Shown piece after piece: positions 1-13,644 of a stretch of DNA of 64,000 nucleotides. Source of the stretch: Octopus vulgaris (lineage: Eukaryota). The stretch lies in assembly GCA_951406725.2 (NCBI GenBank), contig OX597826.1:16988001-17052000 (forward strand), in the 5' to 3' direction. Below the pieces are notes generated by a model, which was not told the origin of the DNA, searched no databases, and saw nothing but the letters and a program-made list of their open reading frames with translations. Within the stretch, counting starts at the first letter, position 1, and each line of letters begins with the position of its first letter. Made by a program: the position numbers and the translations under genes.

Positions 1-163
1 TACATGCATACATACATACATACATACATACATACATACATACATACATACATACATACATTCATACATACATAAGTTCAAATAGAATCAGACCAGAATT
101 GTTCAGAAGAAAAACAAAAACAATACACAAACTACAAAAGAACACGATAAACAAAGTTCCATA
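1..163. repeat. (TACA)n plus ~90-bp unique segment, directly repeated at ~985-1163
   Basis: aagttcaaatagaatcagaccagaattgttcagaagaaaaac...aacaaagttccata occurs at 74-163 and ~1075-1163, each preceded by (TACA)n. Confidence 0.9.
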
Positions 164-804
164 CAGTCTTCAGTGTCGACCCGTATCTTTCAAGTTTTGA
201 CACTTCCAACACAATATTTCGATTCAGTACTATCAATAAGTTAAATGGAATCTGCCAGGGGACATGGCCTACAGACACTAACATTGAACATTCACAGGAA
301 AATCACTAAAATTGATGCTAATACTTTTCCGAAACAAAATAGCAAAGCAGAAAAAAATGCCTTTTGACAGAAAACGAGTTACTGGAAGTACGAGAGAAGG
401 CTATGTGTGACAGAAAAGGAGGCTGAAGAGGAAAGAAATGTGAGCTTTTATATTATAATTAAAAAATATTATATGACACAATGAACAAAATGTGTCAGTC
501 TGTTTGAACGGTCAAGGGAATACAGAGAGAAAGAAGAAGAATAATGGCAGTGTTGCTTTCTGAATAGGAAGAGGTTACAGGAGAAAGAGAAAGGCAGGAA
601 CCATGAAGAAAGTGAAGGAGAGACAACGAGAAATAGAGAGAATATAGTGCAAAGACATTAACAAAGGAAAGTGATAGAAAACAACAGCTCATAAAACAGA
701 GAGAGTAGAGAAATCGCTCGAATGTTGCAGAAAGCACAAAAGAAGTACGAATTTTTAAAAAGCGGTGCATTATAGTTATAAGGGGGGAAAGGCTGCAAAA
801 AATG

Positions 805-1037
805 ACATACATACATATAGATACATACACACACGCATACATGCATACATACATACATACATACATACATACATGCAAACATACATACATACATACATAC
901 ATACATACATACATACATACATACATACATACATACATACATACATACATACATACATACATACATACATACATGCATGCATGCATACATCCATACATGC
1001 AAACATACATACATACATACATACATACATACATACA

Positions 1038-1066
<29 letters not shown>
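805..1066. repeat. (TACA)n microsatellite
   Basis: Seen directly; source of the MYVC/HTYI pseudo-ORFs. Confidence 0.95.
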
Positions 1067-1071
<5 letters not shown>

Positions 1072-4000
1072 CACAAGTTCAAATAGAATCAGACCAGAAT
1101 TGTTCAGAAGAAAAACAAAAACAATATACAAACTACAAAAGAACACGATAAACAAAGTTCCATAAACTCCATACATTCTTTATATGGTAAACAAGTTGCC
1201 ATTTCCTCGTTGGCCATAAACGAGATCTCAATGCAATTTACCTCGGTGACTTTCGACAGAACTTCTTGATTTAATAGTGTTAACAGCTACTATAGTACTT
1301 TCGGTCAAAGAAGGCAAAGACAGGCATAAACATGCGAGAAAGCTGAAGTGTTGCTTTCTTCGGGAGGAATTGTTAGGGGAAAACGAGAGAAAGAAAGAAT
1401 GAAGAGAAAGAGAGAAAGCGAGAGAGAGGGAATGAGAGAGAAATGGGGCGGAGAATGATTAGTAGCCCTGGCTGAAAGGTAAACCAATGCAAAAGTGGTT
1501 GTAAAAACAGATCTCAGGAAAGGGATGTAATGAACTTGGAACACAGAGATGGGAGGTAATTTGCAACGCAGAGACAATATCAACAGAAAAGGGAAGCGAA
1601 CAAGTAAGCCGTAAGTACATCGCCAGAACATGGAGTGAATCTTTAAGATATATGTTTGTACTGACTGTCTGGGTATTTGTGTTCGTATGTTTACAAATAA
1701 GAGATATATGACTCAATAGCTAAAGCGGAATATGTTTATTTGCTGCAAACCTACATAAGTGACCAGACTTTTCACTGATTTGTGTAGCTTCATATCTGAT
1801 AAATATATTGGGTGTTTGAATTTTTCATATAGACTCTTGTTATTCCAAACATAATATGTTATTCTTAAGGATTTCGCTTGTGAGAAGTGTGTGTGTGTGA
1901 GTGTGTGTGTGTGTGTGCGTGTGCGTGCGTGTGTGTAGTGTAGTGATGTATAACCATATTAAAGAAGCTACACTATACTTAAACTGAATATCCAATTCAT
2001 GTGTTGATTAGAGGGAATATATTTTTTCGTAGTAAGCGTCACTTTAAGCTGAATCTGTTCCAGCGCGTCTTATGAGTCTATCTAGACTCGCATTGACTCG
2101 CATTGACTCGTATTGACAAGGCATTGAATCATACACCTATTAAGTACTCATGCATACGTGTTCAGATTCTACCGGATCGCCTGACATCGCTGGCACTCCC
2201 TACATACAGGTTGTGTACGTATGTGTAAACGTATGTCTATGTATATGCTAATAAGGGGTATTGTGATTGAATGAGGGGTTTGATTTGGCTAATAAATGCA
2301 CACGCATTGCACTATTTAAACTTATATAGCTCTGCGAATGTGATAAAATACCTAACACAAGCATATTAGCTTGGAGATAACCTGCAAAGGGATTTATGGT
2401 TTTCAATAAAATGATTTAAAGGAAGTCACATGTAAAACGATAAGAATCATGGGTAAAAATGCAGGTGTATTTTTAGGGACAATAAGCACTTAACCGCAAT
2501 TTTAACAATATCTTTCACTGAGCTGCCTACTTTTCAACACCAGTGAATAATGGAAAAAAGGGAAAGGTCTTTATTACTGCCATTGTTGGAGAAGACATTC
2601 TTGTAGTGTCCCTTTGGCTATATGATTGCAAAGACGGTGCTATTAGAAAAATTACAAAAATAATAATCATTAAGAAAATTAGCAGCAATTGTCAATAAAC
2701 TAAGCAGCAATATGTTTTTGTCAACTCGTTGTTATCCGATAAGGTCAATAGCGTTAAGAGCAATTCAAAGGTTTCCCTTAATTCTTTCTTCTTATTCCAT
2801 CTATTTATATGTATTTTTAATTTCAATATTGCTCTTTGTTGAAAACGCAGAAGGAAAATAGATGCACTTTAGAATAGGAAAATTATGGGAAAGAGAAGAT
2901 TGTATTTTAAATGGGATCAAAACATTGCAATTAATTCTTTTCTATATTTTTAAATAAATTAATTTGATGCATTTGAGTAGAAATAATTGTATTTGACTGA
3001 AACACTTAAATGGCTTGGGGATTAAACTGAATATCGGAATCAACTATAACAAAACCCACCTAAGAAAATATCAAAAACTAATTATACAAACTATTCAAAT
3101 AATGAAAACAGAGAAAATTGCTGCCATCAGAAAATTATTTCTCTCAAACGATGCTTTAGTCAAGTGAAGGAACAACATCTTTCTATGGATTCTTTTCGAT
3201 ATCATCTCTGAGTTGAAAATGGAGGTTATTATATTCCAGTAATTTATAAAGTAACATTTATGTTACTTCTTAAGTAAACTGATTTCGTTGCGCTGCTAGA
3301 AATATAAGTGTCATTGTGCAATGAAGAAGACAGCACAGGTTCCCAAGTGTTTCAACCCATGATTCTATCCTGTTTATTTTCTTTTCACTGATTGTTTTAT
3401 TGAGAATACAAATAATATCATAGCAAAGATATAACACTGATATAAAATTGATGTTATAAGAAACCAGTTAAAAACAACTTGTGGAGTCACCGGACCTACT
3501 AGAAATAGTTGCCAAATGCAAATCAACCCACACTTTACTATCTAAACAAGGAATCTGTTAAATTTCATAATTTAGTCCAGGAAAAATTGTTTGAAAAGGA
3601 AGTGTGGTAAAAATGGCTATAATGACAATAGAGCTGACTCGTGGTTAAACAAGGGCAACAAAACCGTACTGTACACAACCTATTGACAGTAAGTCTGCTT
3701 TTCGAGAGAACTAGACCGTCATAATGCATGACCCTTTGTGAATAGTTTAGTATTACGCAATGAATTCAAACAATGTTGGCGGAGCTTCCTTCCAGCACGT
3801 TCAGGTAGACAAATAAATATCAGTTGTATCTGGGCTCATCTCTATTAAATATCTGTCCTTCGATAATATACTCGGGTGCAGCAAGAGCTATGATAGCAAC
3901 CAACATGACACGAAATGAGAGAACTGATCACAGAACCCAACCAGCTGTGATTATTGCATTTCACACAAGCTGCCATTAGCGGTTTCTATTAAATCATGAC

Positions 4001-4276
4001 GTACCGCAACTTGCCATTTATTTCTTTTCTCAAATAGCCATGTTTTATGAGTACGTGTGTGCGTGTACGTGTGTGTGTGTGCGTGAGGTGTGTGTGTGTG
4101 AGTGGTGTGTGTGCGCGTATGTCCCGCATTTCAGTTGATAAAAACGTTTATGAACAAAAGTAACATAATCTATCCCTCTCTCTCACTCTCTCTCTCTCAC
4201 TCTCTCTCTCTCTATCTATCTATTTATCAATCTGTTTATTTATCCATCTATCTATCTATCTATATATATATATAAA

Positions 4277-4371
<95 letters not shown>

Positions 4372-4372
<1 letters not shown>

Positions 4373-4534
4373 GTGCTGGAGTGGATGTGTGGTAAGTAGC
4401 TTGCTTACCAGCCACATGGCTCCGGGTTCAGTCCCACTCCGTAGTACCATGCGCAAGTGTCTTCTACAATAGCCTTGGGCAGACCAATGCTTTGTGATTG
4501 GATTTGGTAGACGGAAACTGAAAGATGCCCATCG
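4372..4534 (+). mobile_element. SINE family A, 5' half (tRNA-like head)
   Basis: gtggatgtgtggtaag (A-box-like), ggttcagtccc (B-box-like); matches the full copies at 12628, 24297 and 46567; ends in (TA)n. Confidence 0.9.
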
Positions 4535-4537
4535 TAT

Positions 4538-4614
<77 letters not shown>

Positions 4615-4806
4615 CATAAAAGCAAATAAATGGTACAACGAAGTACCGATATTTACTGGAAAATAGCGAACGTAATAAATACGACGCTAATGTATAGCTT
4701 CACTGCGTATGAACTAGCAAAAATGCGTGTGTGCAACAAACTTGAAAAAAATTGCCTTACCTCCAGGGAGAACATCTGAAAGATGAAATACCTAGAAAGG
4801 GATAAT

Positions 4807-4875
4807 GTGGTACCGGTTTCAGATTTTTCAAGATATGTCTGCACACATATACTTGATTTATCTTCATCAGCAAAC
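4807..4875 (-). ncRNA. Minimal type I hammerhead ribozyme motif
   Basis: Minus strand CUGAUGA-AGAU..UCAAG..AUAUGU/ACAUAU..CUUGA..AUCU-GAAA, palindromic stem III ACCGGU, cleavage triplet GUA; stem I weak. Confidence 0.8.
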
Positions 4876-7179
4876 ATATACCTCGACACAATTTCAAATG
4901 TTGCCATGCCAATACACTCGACTAAACGCCAAGACGTTGACAGAACGAGAACAGTGAAGAGGTTTTAATAAAAATAGTAAAGTAATACGAAAGTATTGCT
5001 GTCCAGTAAAGAATAGCCCGTGAGGAAAAATTATACATAAAAGCAAATAAATACGACTACGCATTTCGCCCGGCATGCTAACGTTTCTGCCAGTATTAGA
5101 ATTAATATTACACTAATACTATGGAGAAAAGGATATTTTCGACTAACTAAAACCATCTCTTCAATTTTTAATACAAGGGTAGATGCTTATTCCGTAAATT
5201 TAAACGCATCTACTCACTGTATTGAATCTAAAAAGGCTGAATGATTGTCAAGCTTACAAAGATCCGAGCGCAAAATATAGTACAAGAATGATGGATTTTA
5301 CGGATTTGGATAAAATGAAAGTGAAGTGTTAGAATCAGTAAAATGTATTTAGTTTCATGTATTTATACAACTTTGTATGCCGTAGAGAGTAGAGGAATCT
5401 GACGGTTTACAATTGATTCTACTTTTGAGAGATAACTACTCGAAATATTTCTTTTCTGACGGAGGAATGGTTACTTTAAAAAATTCACATTCTGTCTTTT
5501 CTCCGTGATATATGAACACTACTGTATTGTGTTAGCCATGCTTGACGTATGCATTTTCAACCGCATTCTTAGTTGACATTGGAATTAAATATTCCTATGT
5601 TAAAAAATAACAGTCGATAATTTGGGTTCATGTGATCAATTTTTATTTTTTTAAATAACAATTTCTTAATTTGACACAAGAGAAAAGTATTAAAAAAATG
5701 TATTAAATCAGGCTATGTATATAAAGGGTACAGATTTTTACCAAGTCTTGTAAAATGAAGTTTTAAGTGTAACCCGATGAGATGTGAACTTGGGATAAAA
5801 AGAGAGGAATCGCTATTAACAATATTTCCGTTCCGATCTTTTTTTCTAGGTCTTAAGAGACTGCACGTATGTTAGCCGTGATAATACATATACGAAACGT
5901 AAGAAAAAAAATTACTTGTGGGTAATTATTTCTAGTATTGTTGTTGCTTTGGTTCTTATCCTGATTTGCTTAAATCGTAATTTTCCTGAGAAATTGCCAA
6001 ACTTGCTATATCTGTGTGTGCATATATATATATATTGTAAACACACACACACATATAGATGAATATATCATGCGTATATATTTTTTTCTGATTTTCACCA
6101 TTATTACTCTTTTACTTATTCCATTACAATTTCTTCCTTTTCATTTTTTTTCATTCTACTCGATGTTATTATATTCATCACTTTATTGATAACTTTTGTA
6201 TTTACTGTTAGTCTTTCTGCTCTTATCTTTGTTGTACAAGTTTTTTTCTGATCATCTCAGTCTATTGGTGGCACTTTCGAGACTAACCAAAAAATAATTT
6301 TAAGCAAGAAAAATCATTGAGCATTCAATAAAAAAAAGTACTGAAAAAAAAAATAATATGAGCAAAAACTAATAAACATTGCTACGACTAATGCTACCGA
6401 TGTAGTTCCAAAGTGAAATTGAAGATGTCGAAAGTTATGTGATGTTAACAACTCAACATTAAGAATTCAAAGAAATATTTACTTCAAAGTAGATAAAAGC
6501 CTTCAGAGGCCGAAATGTATCCTAAGTAAATATCTTACAGGAAAACATACCTGTGCTGCACACATGTACATTCCTATACTTACACAGCTCACATTCTCTC
6601 AACGTACACTCTTTCTCTCTTTCTCTCTCTCACACACAGTCTCATCTCTTATTCTCACTCTCTCACACATACACACACATATATATGTAAGTACATACAA
6701 AGTCTGTTTGTGGTATGCGTGTGGATGGAAGTAGTTACGCTGCATCACTCTGGATTTGTGCTGCATTGAACAAAAATACAACTTTGAAGTATAGGCTTAT
6801 AATAAATGATATTCTTATGTAAATAACCACCTAGAGCTAAATATGCATGCATCCACACGCACGCACATATATATGCATAGATATAGATATAGATATAGGT
6901 ATAGATATATGTATGTGTGTATGTATGTATGTATGAATGTACATACGCATGTATGTATACATACATATATATAATACATACCCACACACACACATATATA
7001 TATATATACAAACATGTTTATATATGTGTATGTATGTGTATGTATATATATATATATGCAAGTACATATGAATGTATGTATACCATATAGCACATGAATG
7101 TAGCATAAATATTTGCTACATTGTTTTCACAATAGCTTATTTAATGCATATAAAACTATATCAGATTTTTTCTCGATCA

Positions 7180-7230
7180 GTGAGTGGATTTGGTAGACGG
7201 AAACGGAAACAAACCCGTCGTATATATATA

Positions 7231-7261
<31 letters not shown>

Positions 7262-7499
7262 CTGTGTGTGTCTGTGTGTGTATATATATGTTTGTGTGTC
7301 TGTGTTTGTCCCCCCCACACCATAGCATGATGTTGGTGTGTTTACGACCTGTAACTTAGTGGTTCGACAAAAGATATCGAAAGAATAAGAACTATGCTTA
7401 CAAGGAATAAGTCCTGGGGTCGATTTGCTCGACTAAAGGCGGTGCTCCAGCATAACCGCAGTCAACTGACTGAAACAAATAAAAGAATAAAAGAAAGAA
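7180..7499 (+). mobile_element. SINE family A, 5'-truncated
   Basis: gtgagtggatttggtagacgg...(TG)n...ggcggtgctccagcat...ctgaaacaaataaaaga. Confidence 0.9.
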
Positions 7500-7507
7500 T
7501 ATATATT

Positions 7508-7573
<66 letters not shown>

Positions 7574-7673
7574 CACACACAATTGCCGCGTGAAAGTTAT
7601 TTATAAGCCATTTAAAAACACAAAATCGTTAGATTCACTTCAACATTTAAATTTAATTTGCCAAAATATTTTC

Positions 7674-7741
7674 GTCGCTTTGAGACAGCGACCTGTTCAC
7701 TGAATTTTGTCAGTGATCAGGTCTCGCGGTCTCAAAGCGAC
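7674..7741. repeat. Near-perfect palindrome with ~30-bp arms; each arm carries a hammerhead-like GUGANCA core
   Basis: gtcgctttgagacagcgacctgttcactga / tcagtgatcaggtctcgcggtctcaaagcgac. Confidence 0.85.
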
Positions 7742-8260
7742 TAGAATATCCTCAAGCAAATCTGGACAGAACTAAAAGATGAGTTCGTCAGAAGATTCCA
7801 TGCAATCTTGAAGAGCTGTGGGAACTCAGCCACAGCGAACGGTGTCTCATACTTGTGAAGTTGGTGAAAGCATTGTACGCTTCTTTTCTCAGACGCATTG
7901 AAGCAATTATTCAAGCTAAGAGAAACCACACGGAATATTAGTAATGCATCAGTACCTTCTAGAAATGAATATTATGTAATAAATTTTCGTTATACATTTT
8001 TTTTCTGTTTTTAAAAATGGTACCTTGATTGGTTTATGTGAAGTGGCCGAAAACTTTTGCACGGCCATTTTTTGCGGTCATCTCGCATCTTCTCTCATTC
8101 AGAACCCCTACAACAAAACATAAAGATTAGGTATGGAAATGGTTCCAACAGGGACAATGTTGCATCTGTAAAAACGCAATGCGTAACATCCGCTTATAAA
8201 TTGGCAATTAGTAGGATTTAACAATAGTTTAAAGTGGCCGAAGGCTTTTGCACAGATCTG
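7742..8260 (+). mobile_element. Tc1-family transposon right end (transposase C-terminus plus IR/DR-type terminus)
   Basis: Translates ...PCNLEELWELSHSE...LYASFLRRIEAIIQAKRNHTEY*, like the Tc1 SMPRR..AVI.AKGG.TKY motif; direct repeats gtggccgaa..cttttgcac at 8043 and 8234; ends ctg+ta. Confidence 0.8.
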
Positions 8261-9033
8261 TATATGTGTATATATCAGAGAAATAGAGAGAAATAAGTAA
8301 GGATACAGATGTATGCATATCAAATACGTTATTCTATGTGTGTATCTGTATGGTTGTTTGTTTGTGTGTGTGTGTGCATGTGTGTGTACGCGTGTGTATG
8401 TATGTGTGTATATGTATGGTTGTTTGTTTGTATGTGTGTGTACGTGTGTGTATGCGTGTGTGCATGTGTGTGTGTATCTGTATGGTTGTGTGTATGTGTG
8501 TGTGTGTGTGTGTGTGTGCATGCGTGTTTCTGTGTGTATGCGGTATATTCTGTCCCCAGAAACTGCACCAGATATTTAATGATGCTCGAAGCTCTTTCTC
8601 TTAATGTCGAGTAATGCATTTATTTTGTTGAGAACCCTACCAGATATAATTTACTTAGGAATTCCTATAGTGAAACAATATTTTGTGTGTGTGTGTGTTC
8701 ATGGACGGTCAATGTGCCAATAAATATCTAAATAAACACCCACACTGGTTCAGTATCGCGTCTTTGGTTAACTAACTTTCTATTGATTTATTTAAGGTGT
8801 TGATTCAATAACCAAGTGGTTGTTAGTCTTCTCTTTCCGAATTCCTTCGCCGCTATTGGTGACCTCATCTGTGACATGTCCTTCCCTTCAAGGTCTGCTT
8901 TGAGACTGTCCAAGAACTAGTCTTATGCCTATTCGTATCTATGTATGTGTGTATGTATGTGTGTATGTATGTGTGTATGTATGTATGTATGTATGTATGT
9001 ATGTATGTATGTATGTATGTATGTATGTATGTA

Positions 9034-9367
9034 TTTCAAGCATACACGACTGCAAACATTGCAGACCAAGCTTTCCCCATTCACTATACGAGCCGTGCGC
9101 TTTCGCGCAGCTCGCTTAAGTTCTTCATGCTGGATACGTACTCTCTCAAAAGTGTCGATCCCCTCCTTAACCTGCTTCCTCCATCTGTGGCGATGACAGG
9201 CATTGTTCTCCCAGTCAGTGTACTGCATATCACAGGCCTTTAATGAGGACTTGACACCAACGGAGCCGCAAATGCAAAATATAAGTTAGTACTAGAGCAC
9301 ACAATGTTCCTGAAGGTCGGCAATGGTCTTCCTCGGTCACGAGTGGACGGCCATCATCATCATCATG
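9034..9367. mobile_element. RTE-clade LINE 3' end with 5' inversion
   Basis: 9034-9246 minus encodes LKACDMQYTDWENNACHRHRWRKQVKEG...CNVCSRVCL; 9247-9367 plus continues HQRSRKCKI*, then a stem-loop 3'UTR and (CAT)n tail. Confidence 0.8.
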
Positions 9368-10019
9368 TATGCATGTATATATGTATTTGTATCTATGTAT
9401 GTATCTTCGTATGCATGCATTGCATGCATGTATGTATGGATGAGTGTGTGTGTTTGTGTGTATGTCTGCCTATATATACGTATATATGTATGTAGATCTG
9501 TAAGGGTTTACTTATGCACGTGTGTTCTGCTACGTGTGTGCTCGACATGGGTGGAAGTGTGGTGTCGTATTTTTTTTTATAGGTGAGCGTCTGTCTGTGT
9601 ATTTTCGTGTGTGCATTCTTGTACGAGTGTGTTTTCGGTGTATGTCGTGTGTGTGTGTGTGGTGTTCTTCCTTTTTTTACAAGATTAGTGCCTGTGTGTA
9701 TGTTTGCGTGTGTGCGCTTTTATGCATATGTTACCCCGCGTGTGTGTATACGAGCGCGCGTGTATGTGTGCTTGTGTATACTTCAGTTTGTGTGTTACCG
9801 CGGACGTATATGTCTGCTTGGATGTTCATAATTACATGCATGTACGTTTATGGATTTCTGTGTATCCTGCTATCATTATATTATTATCCTATATACCTAC
9901 CTATACTTACATATGCCCACCCACCAACACGGACGTATACACATCCACATTAGCCATCTACTACGTGGATAGTGCCAGTAGTGTTGTGGCACTATTATTT
10001 ACCATATATGTATACTAAT

Positions 10020-10800
10020 TAGTGTTAACATCGTCTCATGCATGAGAATATATTCAGGTATCAGTCTTAACCATCAGTCTCTCGGAAGTTTACACAAACT
10101 TTCGATAACAATTTCATTCAGTATGCCACTAGGTTGATCTTTGGATGCTGGGTCAGAATCCATGACTGTTTCTTGTCCTTAAACTCACGCCAGTATTCAC
10201 TCATCCTCTCAGCTAAACTCCTGGATGTCTCCCCAATATATGCTATATTCCTATTGCTACTATGACATGACCCGCCATGCATTTGTTTGGTAAATTACAT
10301 TCCTGAACTTGCACTTAATGTTAGAGTTCAAAGTACGTACAATTCAGTTCCTATCAATATGTATGACTCGTCAAAGGGATACGTCTTACATAACTGTGAT
10401 TTGATGGACCTCTCTGCATTTTCTACAACATTAATGCTGAGTTTAGCTTTCTTCATAGTCTTCCTAGACCTGCGGGCTAACTCCCCATACGGTGTAGACT
10501 CTACAAACATTCCCCTTCGAAATATTGTTTTGTTGAACCTCGTGTTTATTTGGTTTGCTTTATCACCAGTCCCTCCTGGAATTACAACATTTCGGTCGTT
10601 ATGTGTGCTGCCTGTTGAATTTAATGCCCGGATGTCCACAGAGCCACACTGCAATTGATGAAATAACGATATCAATTTTATCGACTGTTTCTTTGTGACT
10701 AAGGGTCATCCTGCAGCATACAGCTTAAGGATGCTTACACTACTTTCAGGCCGGTTGCAATGTTTTATTCTAGATTCTAACAATATTTCAGACGCGTCTG
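10020..10800 (-). mobile_element. Penelope-like element remnant (RT thumb plus GIY-YIG endonuclease)
   Basis: MFVESTPYGELARRSRKTMKKAKLSINVVENAERSIKSQLCKTYPF, then CKFRNVIYQ...AYIGETSRSLAERMSEY; frameshifted. Confidence 0.8.
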
Positions 10801-11600
10801 CAAGTATCTTCTGTGTGTGTTTATGTGTATGTGTGCGTGTGTGTGATGAACGTGTGTATGTGTGTGTGCGTGCGCGTATTTCTGTGTGCTTGTGCGTGTG
10901 TGACCAAATGCACACACAAACACAGAATTACACATACACACATACGTACACCAATATGCAATCACACAAACTCACATAAATACATACACACTAATTCATA
11001 CACACACATATAGTTCAATGAGTACTTTAAGACTAACCCCACACGGGTTCTTCCGTTATTATTCACGATTCTTTGTCTGTCCTTCCGTCTCTCAAATCAC
11101 TATGTATTTCGTTGCTCAATACAACATTTTCTCTTCATATCCTGGTACAGCATTACGAGACCAGGTTTTTCATTTCCCTTCGTGAACCTTCATTGATCTT
11201 TGTCTGTTTCTTCATTTTCCCCAATTCCTACATTTTTCACTTTATATGTTTTGGCAGTTAAGTCATGTATCGATTCCCGTCAAGAAACAACATTCCAATA
11301 TCTTGCAATGCAGTGTAAGTAGCTTCTTTGGCTTTACTTCCGGAGGTCTCTTCAATTTATACACAGCTTTAAGTAAAATTGTCCTATCTTCTTCAACTAT
11401 TTCCTTCAGTAGCAACACGCCATCAAACCTTTCGTTTCTTGCAAGCTCTGTCTGACGTCAGTTTCACATTCTATAGTTACATGTTAAGGAGCCTTAGAAG
11501 CATGCCAGTGGTTCACAAACTGGGGTCCGCGGACTGGGGTAAGACTGGGGGTCCGTAAACTAAATTCAAAATTTCACACACACACACATATATATGTATG

Positions 11601-11660
<60 letters not shown>

Positions 11661-11674
<14 letters not shown>

Positions 11675-11880
11675 GTTAATCCAAACATGAAAACACAAAG
11701 AGAAATCACAACAACGCGAGGACGTGGAACAAATATAGTGTTATTGGACACTCAGGAAGGAAGGGAATAAGGAGGGTTTAACGTTTCGAGCGGTGCTCTT
11801 CGTCAGAAACATAGGAAAAGAAAAGATCCAAAGAAGGGAAGACGTAGAAAAAAATTGCCAACGGTACACACGCGGTCACG
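11661..11880 (-). mobile_element. ~215-bp hammerhead-bearing repeat (family H1)
   Basis: Homologous to 31292-31500 and 34468-34682; abuts (TA)n; HHR motif at 11776-11810. Confidence 0.85.
11776..11810 (-). ncRNA. Minimal hammerhead ribozyme motif
   Basis: GUUU-CUGACGA-A-GAGC-ACC-GCUC-GAA-ACGU-U-AAAC. Confidence 0.7.
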
Positions 11881-12627
11881 TTATACACACACACACACAC
11901 ACACACACACAGAGGCCGTGAAAAGATTGGGAACCACTGGTTTATGCGTTGTAATTGGTATACAATTAGGTATACATTAGCTCTGTGTTTTACAGTCGAT
12001 TGGCCCTCACATTTCTACCCTCTACAAACAAAACTTTTCGGCACCAACTCTCGAAGCCTCTCGCTGCATAAGATATCCTTAGGCACAACTTACATTATTG
12101 TTCTTTACTGCGTGTTCGATTTTCAAAAGATTAGCTAAATTAATTTCCGATAAAATAATTTAGTGAAATTCATTTGGCCTAATTCCTCTACACAAGTTCT
12201 TCTCCGTACCCAAGTGATTACCTGTTTGATTAATCCCTAAGACACTCCTCCCGTGGTTGTTATGCACTTTGACAGATGTCACAGTGAGTTACAAAAGCAA
12301 TAATTGTAAGCGCAGAGATTTCATCAATATTGTTCATTCAAGATTTTTTTCCATTGGCAACTCACTTCTTTCAGCAGCAGTCATTACTTTTTAAAATGTC
12401 GGCCTGTGTTTTAGGATGTCACTGCTTCCTAGTACAAGCTCATAATAAATTCCCAAATAGCTTTTATATGCACCTGTCAAAACTTAAAACCTACACATAC
12501 TGGACACCTGCATCCTGATATATGATAAGTGCCAACGCAAAAAACTCTCGGACCTTATTATTAATAAACATTTATATGTATATATGTGTGTGTGTGTGTG
12601 TGTCTTGGTGGGTGTTTACGTGTATAT

Positions 12628-12851
12628 ACTCTTTACTCTTTTATTCCTTTACTTGTTTCAGTCATTTGACTGTGGCCATGCTGGAGTACCACCTTTAGTC
12701 GAAGAAATCGACCTTAGGACTTATTTTTTGTAAGCCTAGTACTTATTCTATCGGTCCCTTTTGCCGAACCGGTAAGTTACGGGGACGTAAACACACCAGC
12801 ATCGGTTGTCAAGCAATGTTGGGGGACAAACACAGACACACAAACACACAT

Positions 12852-12917
<66 letters not shown>

Positions 12918-13076
12918 GACGGGCTTTTTTCAGTTTCCGTCTACCAAATCCACTCACAAAACTTTGGTCGGCCCGAGACTATAGAAGACATTTGCCCAAG
13001 GTGCCACGCAGTGGGATTAAACCCAGAACCTTGTGGTTGGTAAGCAAGCTACTTACCACACAGCCACTCCTGCGCC
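12628..13076 (-). mobile_element. SINE family A, full length
   Basis: Head ggcgcaggagtggctgtgtggtaag through tail ctgaaacaagtaaagga; internal (TA)n/(TG)n; head partly duplicated at 13081-13101. Confidence 0.95.
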
Positions 13077-13644
13077 TATAGCTACTTACCACTCCTGCGC
13101 CGATATATTCAATAATACTAATAAAACTTTTTGTCTTTGTACGTACATACTTGTGGTATGTGTCACACTTCAAAGGAAGAGGTAAAAAGGCTGATGGGGT
13201 GGTACAAGAGAAATGAAATAAGCTAAGGAGATATAGTTAAAGTGAGTGGCAAAGTGGGAGAGAGGGGGACAGAAGAAGAGGAAGTATAGTTGAAGTGAGA
13301 GGCAAAAGAGGGGGAAATAAGAAGGAGAGAGAGAGAGAAAGAGAGAGAGGAGATTTATAGCGCTGGAAAGTAAGAGAAATATAACGCGTTAAACGCAGGA
13401 TGACAGTTAGAGGCGAGGAGATATAGAGGAGGGAGGGGGGAGGGAGGGGGAAGAGAGAGATTGAATGAAGGGAGGGAGTGGATAGAGAATAACAGTGAAA
13501 GACAATGAACCATTCTCGTACAGAAAACGCTGGAAAACTTCCATATGATGTGGAAATTGCAAAAAGAAATGTTGCCTATTTATCTCTCTGTCTGACAGTT
13601 ATTCTATCTCCCTCCCTCCCCCTCTCTCTCTCTCTCTCTCTCTT

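Larger units (their letters stand above)
11506..11939. mobile_element. hAT (Charlie-like) MITE containing a nested HHR repeat
   Basis: Termini CAGTGGTTCACAA / TTGGGAACCACTG; flanks share only atgc. Confidence 0.65.

Noticed and set aside
495-1176. Long ORFs of MYVC/HTYI repeats, and similar YI, CV, LSIY ORFs throughout
   Set aside because: Translations of stop-free microsatellites, not genes
2900-3240. Possible piggyBac transposase remnant (also ~42480-42880)
   Set aside because: Only vague motif resemblance; no TIRs or TTAA ends found
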